Positions 14,690 through 29,071 are shown, numbered from the stretch's first letter. The stretch: DNA of 64,000 nucleotides from Octopus vulgaris (GCA_951406725.2 OX597821.1:101742001-101806000); one strand, 5' to 3'. A program made the numbers and translations. Notes: generated by a model not told the origin, from the sequence alone.

Positions 14690-15280
14690 ATACTAGGGTG
14701 GTGTAAATAGAATGAACAATATACAAGGACAAAATGGACAAAGTTTGACAAATAAAGTATTAATATAAGTAGAAATAGAAAGTGTCTCAACGTTTCAGAC
14801 ATCAGTCCTTTATCTGAAGAGAAGAACATAAAGTGAGTGAGAAAGAGAGCTAGTCAGTAAAAGATAGAGAAAAACACACGAAAGGTTAGAAACCAGGTGG
14901 GAATGCTGTTCTATGGAGGTGGGTGCAGGAGTAAGTGTGTATATGTAAGTGTAAGAGTGTATCTGCCTTAAAGTGGGTATAAAAAAAAGGAGTGATGTGT
15001 AAGTGTGTTTTAGGAAAAGATTGGATTCTTGATATAGCCAGCATGTAATGCACACATAAAATGAAAACAGCTATGAAGAGGCACAATTCTCAAACATCTA
15101 GAAAGCACATCAACTAACTGACATTTGAAGTCATTTGTATCGGTGGTGATGGCAGTGGTTTGGTTCATGAAGAGAATTCCTCCGACACGTCAGAAATGCT
15201 CCAGGAAACATACTGCCATTATACTGGTTCTGCTAACAAAAATATTGTCTTTCCATGCTCTGTCTACAACTAAGCTTGTT
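14690..15280 (-). mobile_element. Degenerate PLE 3' end (GIY-YIG remnant + pLTR with hammerhead motif)
   Basis: Minus-strand remnants MAVCFLEHF (cf. L..RF.EH) and QESNLFLKHT (cf. E..LIFKL.TL), then an HHR-like motif at 14785-14820. Confidence 0.55.
14785..14820 (-). ncRNA. Decayed hammerhead-like motif
   Basis: Minus strand TCTT-CAGATAA-A-GGAC-TGAT-GTCT-GAAA-CGTT-GAGA; the core has two substitutions versus CTGATGA. Confidence 0.45.
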
Positions 15281-17902
15281 TGTTAGCTGTTAGAGAACCA
15301 ACATGAAGAGAAGTTAAATGAATCTCTTAGCTGCATATCAAAGAGCTGATGCATATATAATTGAAAGTTTAACTGTTCGTTATTGTTGTAATGCCATTAA
15401 ACAACCACTTAAAGAGATGTACACTATCATAATTATCATTGCCTTGATTGCCAGAGATAAGAGCTAGACAGGAATTCTCTTGATAATCTTTTTTTTACCA
15501 TTTCAGTCCATTCTTTTATAGCTATATTCTATGCTTGTTCCAACTTCTTTTGATTGATACATTTACATCATTCACTGAGACACTAAACTTACTTAAGGGA
15601 AATAATTTGAATTTAGAAAGTCGTTAATAAATACTACAGGAGATATTTTGTACATTTCCCCATTTCTTGATGTAAGTATATTTTTTGAAAGGATTTTTAA
15701 AAGTCAGTTGTTCCACAGTTACAGAAAGAGATAATCATTTTGATGTCTATCTGTGTCATTTCTATTCTAGGTAATATATTTTACTCCAATGTATTTAACT
15801 CCAATAACATACAATGAATGGTTTTGTGATTATTAGTATGAATTATTGAAATATCTTACAACTGCATTCCTTACAATTAACAACTGAATTGGGAAGAGCC
15901 ATTTTCTGTGAAGCAAAATGAAGTTCACCCAGCAAAAAAGGGTACCGACACAAGGCACAAAACATTTGATTAGTAATGCAAAGAAAAAAAGAAAAAAGAA
16001 AAAACCCAGCTCACATTTAAGAATATCCTAATATTCAATGCTATTCAAGATGAATTAATAGTCTATAAAGCTACATGTCATATGTTGTGTATCAGTGCTT
16101 GGCAAAATAATTACAAATACTAACTCTAATTCTCTAATTATTATAACAATTATTCTGTGAATAAGACCTATTTAATCTGACACATTACATCAGCAAATCA
16201 TATTTAATGAAAAATAAAATAGTTTTACTGTTCTAAATCATGATTTTGCTCGAACATTGACAGCAATTATTAAACAATAATGGTTATTGTGAATAATTAT
16301 ATGTATACAACCTACTTTGCTATAGTTTATTTCTTATAAGTGATCTTCAAAAATAATCAATGAGGTTTAAATTAAACATAGTAGTTTTACTTTTATTATG
16401 TATATTTTCATTTTTTCAAACTGGCAAATACAACACATCTATATTTAGCTGTGACCATCATATTTTTTTAATCAGTTTCTCACTAAATGTCAATTTTCTT
16501 TCCTAACCAGACAAAAGAGAGGAAAAGAGATAAAAGAGATAATGTGCATAATATCTACATTGATAATTTATATTTCATTAGGAAACAAGAAATCTTAAAG
16601 GAGGAAAAAAATTTCTCAAATAAGTAAAGATGTTTAGTACAAAGTGTACTTTGAGATTGTCATTATTGATTTTATGTATTCAACATAGATAGATTTACCG
16701 GTAGGCTGCTATGCATATGCAAGAAAAGTTATAAATAAGGTTATTTTCCTCTTAATAATTAAATTTTACTAATAGAAATACAATAAAATAGTTCTTAGCG
16801 AAATTTCTTCCAATAATCAAAAAATAAATTACGCACTTCATATTTTAAGAAAAATTTTTATGTAAGTCATGAAATTTTCTCTTCCTTCCTTATCAAGCAG
16901 ACATTTCTTTTTTTCTTGAATTTGTAAAATAAAATGACAGTAAAACTTAAACAAAATTAATTCTTAACCTACTTTTTAAACAAACAAACAATTAAAAAAA
17001 AACTTGTGAAAAAGCATTATTTAGTTTTAAATGATTTTCTTCAATAAGATATTCCTGATTTAATATTTCAAATTTTGACACAAATGAAAATGTTAAAAAT
17101 ACTATTACTAGTTAGGGAAAATTTAAAGTAATATGAATGTACTCAAAATATTGCCGAAATCATCTGGATTATCTGCATTTAATCAAACTATTCATATATG
17201 GTGATTTATTCACACATTTAACTATAACATGAGTATAAATCTATAACTCAATGATGAAGACAGCAGAAGGGTCAGCTCTTCTACTTTCACCAATGCAGAA
17301 ATTAAAGCAAGTGTCAAAAAAAAATTATGATAATATTATTCCCTAAAATTGTGCTTAATGCTTGAATCTCACAATATATCTTTGTATTTTACTGACTATA
17401 TTTAATGGAAAAATACATGGAATAATTAGTATCTTGTTGGATTTAAATCAATTTGTAAAGATAATCTATAAACGAATTGGTTTCAATACCATATATGTAC
17501 ATGCACATGTGCATGTATACAGAACTTGCTTATAAAATTATTATATATCAATAACTTAAACAAAACTGTTAAAGAAAATTAATAATAGTAAGCAGTGCAG
17601 AAATTATTCTAAAATCCAATACAATTTATATAATTCAATAGTTATAATTAATGCATTTACTGAATTTAACATTAGTATCCTAACTTCTTCAGATACCAAC
17701 ATGAGAAAGTATTTAACTCATTCCTATTGGCCAAAATATGCCTCTATAATTGTGGTGGCTGTAACTACATCTTAAGCCACAAAGTATAGTCACACACACA
17801 CACACATGTATATATATAGACATATATAAATAATACGGCTAATGAGGACATATATATTTCTATCTATACCAACAATTACATCCTGGACAAAATATTTCCA
17901 AC

Positions 17903-18085
17903 TTAACAAAATCTGTTGTAAATCACTAATGTTTTTATACAAAGTCATACATAACATGCACTTGTATCTCACATTCTCAAGATAGTGATTCTTTAACAAA
18001 ATCTGTTGTAAATCTCTAGTGTTTTCATACAAGACCATGCACATTCATTTCACACTTTTAAAATATTGTGAATTCTTTGAACAAA
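17903..18085. repeat. Degenerate ~90-bp tandem duplication
   Basis: TTAACAAAATCTGTTGTAAATC at ~17903 and ~17993, with a weak third start near 18077. Confidence 0.75.
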
Positions 18086-18130
18086 AAAAGGAGCAACCTG
18101 TGTGATGACTGTGTGTAAGCAAGAGTGTTT

Positions 18131-18202
<72 letters not shown>

Positions 18203-18707
18203 TAATGGATTACACTTTATCAATGAATCTAAATTCAAAATTTCATTTAATTATAATTACACACACATACACATTTAGTGTTCACTTTTCCATGCTTGTA
18301 TGAGTTAGGCAGACTTTGCTAAGGTAAATTGTCTATGGCCAGATGCTCCTCCTGTCACCAACCCTCAAATGTCTCCTCATGGCCAGACATGCTTTTTCTT
18401 TTTACAGGAAACTGGAATTGAACATCATCTGTATAACTGTGATGCCCATGTATAACCACCATCACATGATGTCAAGCCAAAGGTACACACAAACACACAT
18501 AAATACATATACATTTATAAATCAAGCTCTTTCCAGTTTCTGTCTATTAAATTCACTCATTAAGTTTTGGCTGGCCCAGGGCTATAAAAAGCACATGCTC
18601 AAAATACTACACAGTGGGACTGAACCAAAAACCACATGCTTAGGAAGCAAGCTTCTTAACCACAGGGCCACACCTATGCCAATATATAGGTATAATATAT
18701 GCACACT

Positions 18708-18768
<61 letters not shown>

Positions 18769-18914
18769 TTATATAATGTAATTCAAAATATTTTCACATT
18801 TAAGGAAATATTTAACTTTTAACCAAATCACAGCAATTATATTTGTATGTGTTCCTTTGAAAATATTTTCATATCAATTGTATCTATGTGGTGCTGTTTA
18901 TTCATTATATATAT

Positions 18915-19134
18915 CCCTTTAACCTTCAGATTACTCTGTTAAATGTAATGCTTATTTATTCATGTTGTTTTGAATCAATCATGCATTATGTTGTAGCATT
19001 GAGATTTCGATGGTGCGTTTGTTCAGATTTAGAATGACATTGTAGGGTAGGTGTAAGAGTCTGAATCTTGCCAGCTTGAACATAATGCAGTTGGAATATT
19101 TGAGCCGGATATGGCCAGTTGAAACATTAAAGGG
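18915..19134. mobile_element. piggyBac-like MITE (second copy)
   Basis: CCCTTTAA...TTAAAGGG ends; body similar to 49738-49956 (TTATTTATTCA, AATCATGCATTA, GAATGwCATTGTAGG). Confidence 0.65.
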
Positions 19135-19156
19135 ATAAAGTATGAACACACACACA

Positions 19157-19200
<44 letters not shown>

Positions 19201-20270
19201 AACGCACACTGACACCGGTGTAGTTATGTGAATACATGTATGCACAGGCAGAAAAGAAACAACTTTTTAACTTGTATTCAGAACAAAATTTAAAACATGA
19301 AAATGCATTATACTGAAATAAAAATTAGTTTGAACAATAAATCAGCCCCTCATCAAAATTTCAAGGACGAAATTAAAATATGAATAAAAATAATTGGCAA
19401 ACAAGTATAAAATATTGCCAAAATACAAAATTGTGTCTGTAAATCAATTTTGCTTTATATTTAAATATGTCTCAGCTAGAAATCAATATATTTTAATATA
19501 ATGGAAGAAAAATGTATTTGTAGACAAACCAAAATTTTCTAGATATTTAAAATAATGTATGTATGCAAATGATAATATTAACATGATTTCCAAACTAACT
19601 TGTGACACTGTATGTCTGTGTTTGCAAAATTGTGAGTAAAATTTCACTTAAATTTGTACATATTTCTGTGAGAAAGTGTGTGTGTGTGTGTTTAATTAAA
19701 ATGCTATCAAGATAACTAACTTCGAAATTATACCGGTAGTGGCTTGTCAGATAATTGTGTATGTGTGTGTGTGTGTGTGTATATATATATTTATACTGTA
19801 CAGGTATATTTGTAATCTAAACATTGTACACACACACACATCATATGTAATATTTATTTTTCAATATTAAATAAAATACTTATAAAAGAAAAAAATAGAA
19901 AAATAAATACCAAAATTTCAACTAATTTTCATATGTAATATTTTGTAGTAGTTGCTTTATTTGTCTAATACAAACAATGAGTATTCAACATTAAACAGTA
20001 AATCTATATTTTCAAGTTGAAAAATCCAATATAACATATCTTATACTACTGCAAGTTTCTCACTGGGAGTGGCCTGCCATGAATAACTTGGAGCAGTAAA
20101 TTATGTTGAAATTCTCAACTTGAAATAAAATAATATATATATGAAAATGACTGTTTTTGTTTTTTTTTAATGAATGAATTTTAAAAATTTGCTTTTAATT
20201 TCACTAATTTTTTTTTTTATAAATCTAATAATTTAAATCAAGAATCAAACAATAATAATTACCAAATTAC

Positions 20271-20540
20271 TGTCCATGGTGATTATTAACAGCTAAGAAA
20301 TATAAGCTTCCTTGTTTGGTGCTAGATACAGCAATGCAATACTGATTCAGTCCAGTGATGTGAGAGGCTAGCAATAATACAGCCACCACCACGATACCTG
20401 CAGTGATGCTATTGGAATCTACCAACTTGCATTGATGCCAAAACAAAATGGCCACTGTTTCAGGATATTGATTGCTGGAAGCTATTCCAATATACAGACC
20501 ACTTTAAGTGGACGGAGAAGGGATAGGGCGGTTGGTTGAT
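20271..20540 (-). other. Candidate promoter-proximal first exon ending caccATGGACA|GTAATT
   Basis: Unique, relatively GC-richer island with a CCGCCC/CCAACC upstream segment; Kozak ATG (20275-20277) 7 nt before a donor. Confidence 0.35.
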
Positions 20541-20730
20541 AGAGAGAGGATGTGGGTGTATGTGAGGGAGTGTGATTGATTGTGTGAGAGTGTAAGTTTG
20601 TACATGTGTGAGTCATTGTGTGTGTATGTGTGTGTGTGTGTGTGAATATGTGTGTGAAAGGGTATCTAGATAGAGTAGTAAATGTGTAGAGATGAGTAAG
20701 AAGATAGGTTAGTTTCACAAAAGTCTATGG

Positions 20731-20803
<73 letters not shown>

Positions 20804-21714
20804 ATTGTATGAATATTTAAGAGCTACTGCATCTGATTTTATTTAAGGGTGGCTAGTGATGAACATGTAATTTAATGCAAAAACATTAACAATTCAATAC
20901 ATTTCTAAATATTCTGAATACTAACACTACTATTAACACAACAATAGCAATATTAATAATGGTTTTTTTACTAAAGTGCAAAGGCCACAAGCATTTAAGG
21001 ATTGAAATACAGTCATTTAAATCAAATTCAACACTTGGCAAGCTCTAATTTCATTGACCCCAGAAGGACGAATCACAGAAATTGAACCAAGCAGGAATTG
21101 AATTTCGGACGTTAAGGAACATTAAATAAAATACTGCAATGTTATCAAGTCTAACACACTATGAATTCTGCCAATCTACATACTGCTCTTTCTGCCAAAC
21201 ACTTGCACAAGGTCACAAACTTTTGAGGAAAGGACATGTAACTAATAAAATTAACCCCAGTTCATGCTAGCTGCATCATCATCATTGTCGTTATCATTTT
21301 ACATTTATATGTTTGCATGGATCAGACAAAGTTAATTGAGGCAAATTTTCTATGGCTGGATGCTCTTTCTAATGCCAACCTTCACTTGTTTCCAAGCAAG
21401 GTAATATTTCTTCATGGCCAGGTTTGTTCTTGCTGGATATTGGAAATGAATGACACTGCTTGTATGACAATGATAATCATTGGAAGAAAATATAGAGTCT
21501 GCTTTGGCAAGGCATGAGAATGTAGAACAATAGTATTAAATGTGGAAAATCTAGCACTGAACCATTTTGGAAATGTTACTGCTACATTTGTTGTTGCCAT
21601 TTCTAATTTTGGTACAAAATATTACATTTGTAGGAATGGAGTACAGTAAAAGGGAATGACTCCAATACATCAGTGGTAGCCATTTTATACACTCACTTTC
21701 CATCGTGATCATTA

Positions 21715-22132
21715 TTATCATCTTTAACATCTACCTTTCATGTTGGCATGTGTTGGATGATTTGACAAGAGCTGGCCAGGCAGAAACCTGCACCATATGT
21801 CTGTGTCTGTTTTGGCATGGTTTTTTTTATGGTTGGATGCCCTTCCTAACACCAACCACCCCACAGAGTGGGCTGAGTGCTTTTTACATAACACTAGCAC
21901 AGGTGAGATCTGTTTTGGCATAGTTTTACAGTTGGATGCCCTCCCAAATGTCAACCACTTTATATTGTGGACTGGATGCTTTTTAAGTGGCACCTGCACT
22001 GGCAGGGTTATCAAGTAACTTTGCAAGACAAAGAATCTTTGAGAGGGGAGGGGCATTGAAGGTGATGGTTAGAATGTGACAGAGAGACAGAAACAGGTGT
22101 CCTGCTGTAGTAGAGGTAGTGGTTACCCAGCC

Positions 22133-22164
<32 letters not shown>

Positions 22165-22890
22165 TTAACAAGCAAGAGGACAGGAACAGGTGTGCTGCTG
22201 TAAAGGAGATAGATGGTAACCTAGCCAGAGGAAAGAGAGAAAATAAGAAACAAGCGTGCTGATGTACAGGAGATACATGGGTACCCAGCCAGAGGGAAGA
22301 GCAAGGGAAAAGAGAGAGAGTGGGAAACAGTAAGAATACAAGAGAGAGCAGGAGGGAGATGGTGGTGAGGTGCCAGGGTATACTCACAAGGAACAGGGAT
22401 CAGAGCATAGATGGGATGGTAGAGTAAGGAAGAGAGAGGTAAATAGTGGCAGGTGCCAGGGCATACCCCCAAGGTGTGGAGGTCATGATATACATGGCCA
22501 GGTATTGCCAAGTAGCATGATTAGGGAGTGGAGGTGGAGAATACTGTGACAGGTAGGGACCTGGGTATATAGGTGGGGGGGGAGTAATGATACAGTGAGC
22601 AGATTAGTGAGAACAGGATTGGGGAGTGGAAGATAATCATAGTGTATGAAGAAGAAATGTGAAGAAGAGAAGAGATACAGTTTGGGAGAGGATTTTGTAG
22701 ATGTAGTTTGGTTTGTTGGGGTAGAGTGTGTGAAAATCTTTATTGTTATGTGTAGGTGGAACACAATACCTCTAGAACTCAGTTTCGTTGATGTGGACAA
22801 GTCTTCTCTAGAACCTCATACCAACAAACACCTTGGCCCGTTTCCAGGAATGAAAAAAAAATGTCTAACCTTCTTAGGGTAGAACTTGGA
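21715..22890 (-). mobile_element. Probable non-autonomous element sharing the RTE 3' end, with pyrimidine-rich body and internal degenerate repeats
   Basis: RTE-type 3' terminus at 21715-22030; repeated CAGGTGT.CTGCTGTA...CCAGCCAGAG units at ~22083-22300; similar body at 3850-4230 (+). Confidence 0.5.
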
Positions 22891-23096
22891 AAGTATGGTG
22901 TAAGCATTAAATACTTGAAAGATATATAGCCTAGTGCTGACACAAGTCTACAAGTTCAGGGTAGAAAGAGACCAACTCCCAATACTTGACTATGACTATT
23001 ACTTGTTTTTACTGCCAATGAGTGACTGCAGTCACACTAGAGAAGTACTGGATTTGTCAGTGTATAAGAAGCATTCTTGCATAAGATGAATCCCTA

Positions 23097-23307
23097 TATT
23101 CTTTTCTACTCTAAGCACAAAGCCTGAAATTTTTGGGGAGTGGGGGGAGCAGTCGATTAGATTGACTCCAGTACACAACTGGTCCTTAATTTATTGACCC
23201 TGAAAGGATGAAAGGCAAAGTCGAGTCGAATTTGAACGTAAAGACAGACGAAATACTACTAAGCATTTCGCTCCGCATGCTAACATTTCTGTCAACTTGC
23301 AGCCTTG
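23097..23307 (-). mobile_element. tRNA-derived SINE family B (Meta-domain-like); other copies ~1046-1230(-), 1582-1790(+), 24310-24480(-), 26470-26630(-), 39890-40215(-), 48938-49090(-)
   Basis: Shared GACTTTGCCTTTCATCCTTTCAGGGTCAATAAA core resembling the MetaSINE/Sauria central domain; repeated in the window. Confidence 0.8.
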
Positions 23308-24636
23308 ATGAATCCCTATATATCAAGGATATTTTGTGAAAAAAATGCAAATTTAGTAGATTCCATCACACACTTATTAAAAGATATCTTAAAGCGGCAT
23401 TGTGTATGATTTTATGTATGTAAATATATTATTGTGACAATATACTGGAAAAAAAAAGTGACAGCAAAATTTCATCATAAATAAATTATATTATGGGAGT
23501 ACAGTATCTCAACTTTATCTTCTTTCAGATCAACTGGATAGTTGTTTATATTTTGCTCATGAGAATTGCCATACATGAAGTAAAACTTGTATTTCTGGAT
23601 GTGCTGTCTTGTGTGACCATTATTACCTACCATGATGGTGCTCTACTACTTTAGTTTTCCTGTCTTTCACTCTCCCCACATAACTGCAGGCATACTATAT
23701 GCAGTTTTTTCCCCCCAAGTTTGTGCTAACAGACTGTGATAATTTGGTTAATTTTCAACATTCTACTATTAGTAGTAATAATTAGTAACATCGAGCTACA
23801 TAGCCAATGGTATTCACTCAGTCTCCTATCCATATGGCTGTATTAGATGCAGGGCAAGTTTTTGATACATTTTAAAACAAAAAAATGCATTTTAAACACC
23901 AGTAAATATGGTAACTGTGTTGAGATGAGGAAGATGATGGTACAGTTTCACAAAGTATCTGCTAGCAAAATTTATATAAATACTATGAATGGTGAAGAGA
24001 GTATGGATCTGAATGAGTACCAGTTATATATTGAAGCCAGTTCAGTAGTCTATAATCTTCACCAGAAGTGTGCTGATTCTACCAAATGTTAACAGAATGT
24101 CAAAGAGTATTAGACTTAATACCTTGTGGTATTTACTCGTGTCCCTTTAAGATGAATTCTTACCTTTCATCATTCCAGACTCAATAAAAAAAACACTAGT
24201 CAAGTACTGGGATAACTTTAATTACCTCCAGAAGGAAGGGAAAGAAGAGGATTTAATCCCAGTATGTTTGAATTTAAACAGAGAAGGGACTGCATTAAAT
24301 AGTAGTTTGAAATTCTGGCACAAGGCCAGCAGGTTTGAAGGAATGGGATTAGTTGATACCATTGATCTCAGAACTTGACTGATACTTTATTCTATTGACT
24401 TTGAAAGGATGAAAAATCAAATTGAACACAGCACAGTTTGAACTAAAATGTAAAGAGCTGGAAGAAATGTTGCTAAGCATTTTTGCATGACTGAATTAAA
24501 TAATAAAACACATTTTGTCTGACACTATAATATGACTACAAGGCAAGATTTTCATTTAGTGGCAAGAGATCAAAAAATAAAAATAATAAAACAGTATTGT
24601 AGACACATATTAGCATTACTAAATAGAAATTGTTAT

Positions 24637-25832
24637 AGTGCAGAGAACAACTTCCGCCACATTCCAGGGAAAAAAACTAGAAGTAGTTGATAGCTTCCGT
24701 TACCTAGGTGACCAAGTCAGTAGCGAGGGAAGGAGTGCTGAAAGTGTAGCTGCAAGAATAAAAATAGCCTGGGCAAAGTTCAGACAGCTCTTACCTCTGC
24801 TGGTGACAAAGGGCCTCTTGCTCAGAGTAAAAGGTAGACTGTATGATGCATGTGTACGAACAGCCATGCTACATGGCAGCAAAACATGGGCCATGACTGC
24901 TGAGGACATGCATAAGCTCACAAGGAATGAAGCCAGCATGCTCCAATGGATGTGTAATGTCAGTGTGCATACTCATCAGAGTGTAAGTACCTTGAGAGAA
25001 AAGTTGGACCTCAGAAGCATCAGATATGGCGTGCAAGAGAGACGACTGCGTTGGTATGATCATGTGGCGAGAATGGATGAGGATAGCTGTTGAAAAAGTG
25101 CCTCACCCTAGCAGTTGAGGAAACCTGTGGAAGAAGTAGACCCAGGAAGACCTGGGATTAGGTGGTGAAGCATGACCTTCGAACATTAGGCCTCACCAAA
25201 GCAATGACTAGTGACTGAGACCTTTGAAAATGTGCTGTGCTTGAGAAGAGCCGGCAAGCCAAGTGAGACAATAACCCGTGGCCTATGCCAGGGGTGCAAC
25301 CAGCTCACTTATGCGTACCTTTCCTTCATTGGACACTAAACTCTGCTTGTGAAGACCTGCTGAGGCAAGTGAAATTGAAATCAAATTTGATGAGTGGCAT
25401 CTGTGCTAGTGGAGCACTAAGAGCACCATCCGAGCATGATCGTTGCCAGAGCAGCTGACTGGTTTCCATGCCGGTGGCACATAAAAAGCATCATTACCAG
25501 TGTCGCCCTACTGGCACTTGTGCTGGTGGCACGTGAAATAACATTTGAGCGAGGTAGTTGCCAGTGCCGCTGGACTGGCTCCTGTGCAGGTGGCACGTAA
25601 AAAGCACCATTTGAGCGTGGCTGTTTCCAATACCGCCTGAATGGCCCTCATGCCGCTGGCACATAAAAGCACCCACAACTCTCGGAGTGGTTGGCATTAG
25701 GAAAGGCATCCAGCTGTAGAAACTCTGCCAGCTCAGATTGGAGCCTGGTGCAGCCATCTGGTTTGCCAGCCCTCAGTCAAATCGTCCAACCAATGCTAGC
25801 ATGGAAAGCGGACGTTAAATGATGATGATGAT
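24637..25832 (+). mobile_element. 5'-truncated RTE LINE, same family as 30800-33040, with premature stop and (GAT)n tail
   Basis: ORF 24638-25093 is nearly identical to the C-terminus of the 444-aa ORF (FQGKKLEVVDSFRYLGDQVSS...RRLRWY); stop at 25091-25093; shared 3' end AGCATGGAAAGCGGACGTTAAATGATGATG. Confidence 0.92.
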
Positions 25833-26679
25833 TAACTATTACACAAGCCAATGAAGGAGCCTCTGCATGATTGTTTGACCTACTAGAAATAGCAACTAAA
25901 TCTCCTTCAAACCATATAGTACCATCTTAGGAGAGAATACGTCAGATAATGTAATCCTGGGTCCCTGCACACAAGAATAAGAATATTCATGGGTGAAGCA
26001 TATTTTATTTTAGGTCTGCTTCATCAGGACTGACAGAGGTTAAATAACAACTTATTATTATTATTATTATTATTATAATAAAAGCAACAACAAAGCTGAT
26101 TATGATGAATTTGCTCATCATACAAGTCAATGAGCTTCTTTTTCCTTTTCCTAAGAGAAATAAATATAGTAAATTGGATAAACTGGAATGCAATTTTTAA
26201 GCAAAACAATACAGATAAATAGCCAAACCAAACCCAGTAGGATTTGAAATCAAATACCCAACGAGATATGGTAATTCATTGCTACAACAATTGGGTTGAT
26301 TGGGTTGCCTATGTTCAGTCCACTGCAGGATGAAGGTCTCAGCATGTTCTCTCCATCAACCATGGTCTGATGTGAAGGCTGTAAATTTGAGCTTGAAATC
26401 CTACTCTGCCACACTGGCTTAATGTGGCTTGGAAGAGGGGTGCAGTTTTTATATCCTCACCTAAGAGTAGTTAAGTTGATCACATTGACCCCAGTGCTCA
26501 ACTGGTACTTATTTTATCAACCCTGGAAGGATAAAAGACAAAGTCAGCCTCAACAGGATTTGAACTTAGAACATATAGACAGATGAAAGCATTTTGCCTG
26601 GCATGCCAATGATTCTGCCAGCTTACCACTGTACAACAATAGCAACTAATCATCATCATCCATCATTTTAAATCTGGGT

Positions 26680-27080
26680 TTTATCCCAGTTAACAGGGGT
26701 GGCCGGATCTACTTCAATGCCATAGCAATTGCCCTCACACTATCTTGCCCGGTTTTGGGCATCCTCCCTTCTCAAGCCAACCCTCCCAATCTCCTCCTCC
26801 ACATTTTCTTCAGTCTACCTTGCTTTCGCTGTCCATTTACCTCAAATTGTAGACATGCCCATACCACTGAACTCCATTCACCCTTGCTAGCCATTCCACT
26901 GATTCTGCCAACCCCAGCATCCCCATCAAGTTCTCAGTCCTCCTCTTACCAAAAAGCCTCATTCCACACATTTCTCTCACCATTGCTCTCTCAGTCCTTC
27001 TCAAAATTGCCATCTCTCTCTCCCAGACAGCACTGCAGCTCTCACACAACTCCTATAGACCTTTCCTTTCATCTTCAATG
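26680..27080 (-). mobile_element. Degenerate RTE LINE 3' fragment
   Basis: ORF 26837-27049: AILRRTERAMVREMCG...LARVNGVQWYGHV, an RTE C-terminal signature. Confidence 0.75.
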
Positions 27081-27466
27081 AGAACCTTCTAATAATTATG
27101 AAAAAACAGCAATAATTTATTTTAATTTTCAGTATTGTTATTATTCTGATTTATTTTTATATTATGGTGCACTGAACTTCATATCTGAGATTGTTAGCTG
27201 CTGTGACATTTATCAAGGCAAACTGAGCATGCAAAGATACTGGATAGAACCATAGCAGAAAACTCTGCTTATATATTATGTGACATGATACTTGAATCGA
27301 AAGTAAAATAAACCAAAAAGATCAGAAGAAAACTGAAATTGTTCAGAGAAGTAAAAAAAATTCTGGAACATGAAAACAGAAGGAAGTACTTGGAATAATA
27401 ATACCCAAACAAATGTTCAAAAGATTAAGAGAAAAACTGAGAATGAAAGGATGTTGAAGAAAACTA

Positions 27467-28019
27467 CTGGGTTGTCCGGAAAGTTTGTGCCAATTTATAG
27501 TAGCTTACCTTTCAACTTATTTTAGAACATGGCTGAGTCCATAAAATAGGATTTGATTACACCTTCATTTAGAGCACAGTTTAAGCTATCTTTTCGTGGA
27601 AGAAGGTTTATGTATTAATTCTGTAACCCTTTAAAATGGAAGATAAGAAAGTTCATTTTCGGCACTTGATGCTTTGGAAACCAGACAAAAATTGCTTCAG
27701 CTCGGCTGGGATGTGTTACCCCACCCTCCATATTCACCAGATATTGTTCCTTCGGATTTCCACTTATCCAGGTCTCTGCAGAATAGTCTTAGTGGTAAAA
27801 ATTTCAATTCCTTGGATGACATAAAAAGATACCTTGATGAATTCTTTGCCATGAAACCACCTCAATTCTGGGAAGAGGGTATTTTCAAGTTAAAGGAAAG
27901 ATGGAGACACATTGTTCAACAAAATGGTTCATATTTGGTTGATTAAAAATGTAATGGCAAGTATTTATTGACCTTTTTCTTTCCTTTAAAAATCGGCACG
28001 AACTTTCTGGACAACCCAA
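27467..28019 (+). mobile_element. Internally deleted mariner transposon (553 bp)
   Basis: TA-flanked ~30-bp TIRs (CTGGGTTGTCCGGAAAGTTTGTGCCAATTT / AAATCGGCACGAACTTTCTGGACAACCCAA). The N-terminal MEDKKVHFRHLMLW is joined out of frame to the C-terminal GWDVLPHPPYSPDIVPSDFHL. Confidence 0.93.
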
Positions 28020-29018
28020 TATATCACCCACTATTCAACAATGGTACTTTTCAAAATTTTTGAAATTGAAGGATCACTAAATCTCAAGACATGATTCTAT
28101 TGATATAATCAATGGGAAACCTTACTGAAGCATGAAGTGCTTTTGCAAAGAAAGCAAGTTTAAATATCTCCCTAAGGAACCTGACACAGTAAAAGAAAAA
28201 GAATTTTAAAATATGGCTTTTAACCCATGTACTAGGAATGATAAAAAAAAAAGATTCTGAGCTATCTAATCAAAGGCATTCAATAATAATAATGTAGAGA
28301 TAATTTTTTAATTAAGCTTGAAGCCGTATGGTTATAGGGAAGGAGAAATAAGAAATTGTGAACTTCTTGCTCTTTTTTTATTGGCTATTAGTACAAGAGA
28401 AATTTGAAAGAGCAAGGTCTACTGAATTGACCCTGATTATTAGTGAGTTTTTTCAGAGAGGGTATGAGCAATCATATCAAACCTCAATTGTTGACTGGCA
28501 CACATTTTATTGATTCTTGTAATACAAAAGACAAAGTTAATCAGCATTTAAACTTAGAACATAAAGAGTGTGCCAGTGATTCTGCTATTCGACTGATAAT
28601 GAGCTTACAAGCTATCAAGTTTGACTGTTATATCGTTGAAATGGTTATTAAGGGTATGTTGGCAAGGAAAGCAACCACATGGTTTCAGACTTAATCATAC
28701 TGCATGGTATTTTGCACAAGTATCTCCTACTGAGATCCCCTTCAGTCATGACTGACCATGGGATTGCAACTAGAAAGTTACCCTCCCAGGCACAAGTCCA
28801 GGCAAGGTTGTTTATGGAAGACCAGCAGTTGCCCATGCATACCGGCCTCCTCTCTCCATGCCACCAGTGTTATCCAAGGGAAAGGCAAAGGCCGATACAG
28901 CTTGGCACCAGTGACATCACAACTCATTTCTACAGCTGAGTAAACTGGAGCAACATGAAATAAAGTGCCTTGCTCAAAAACACAACAATGTAGCAAGATT
29001 TAACATCTCCTACTATGG

Positions 29019-29071
<53 letters not shown>

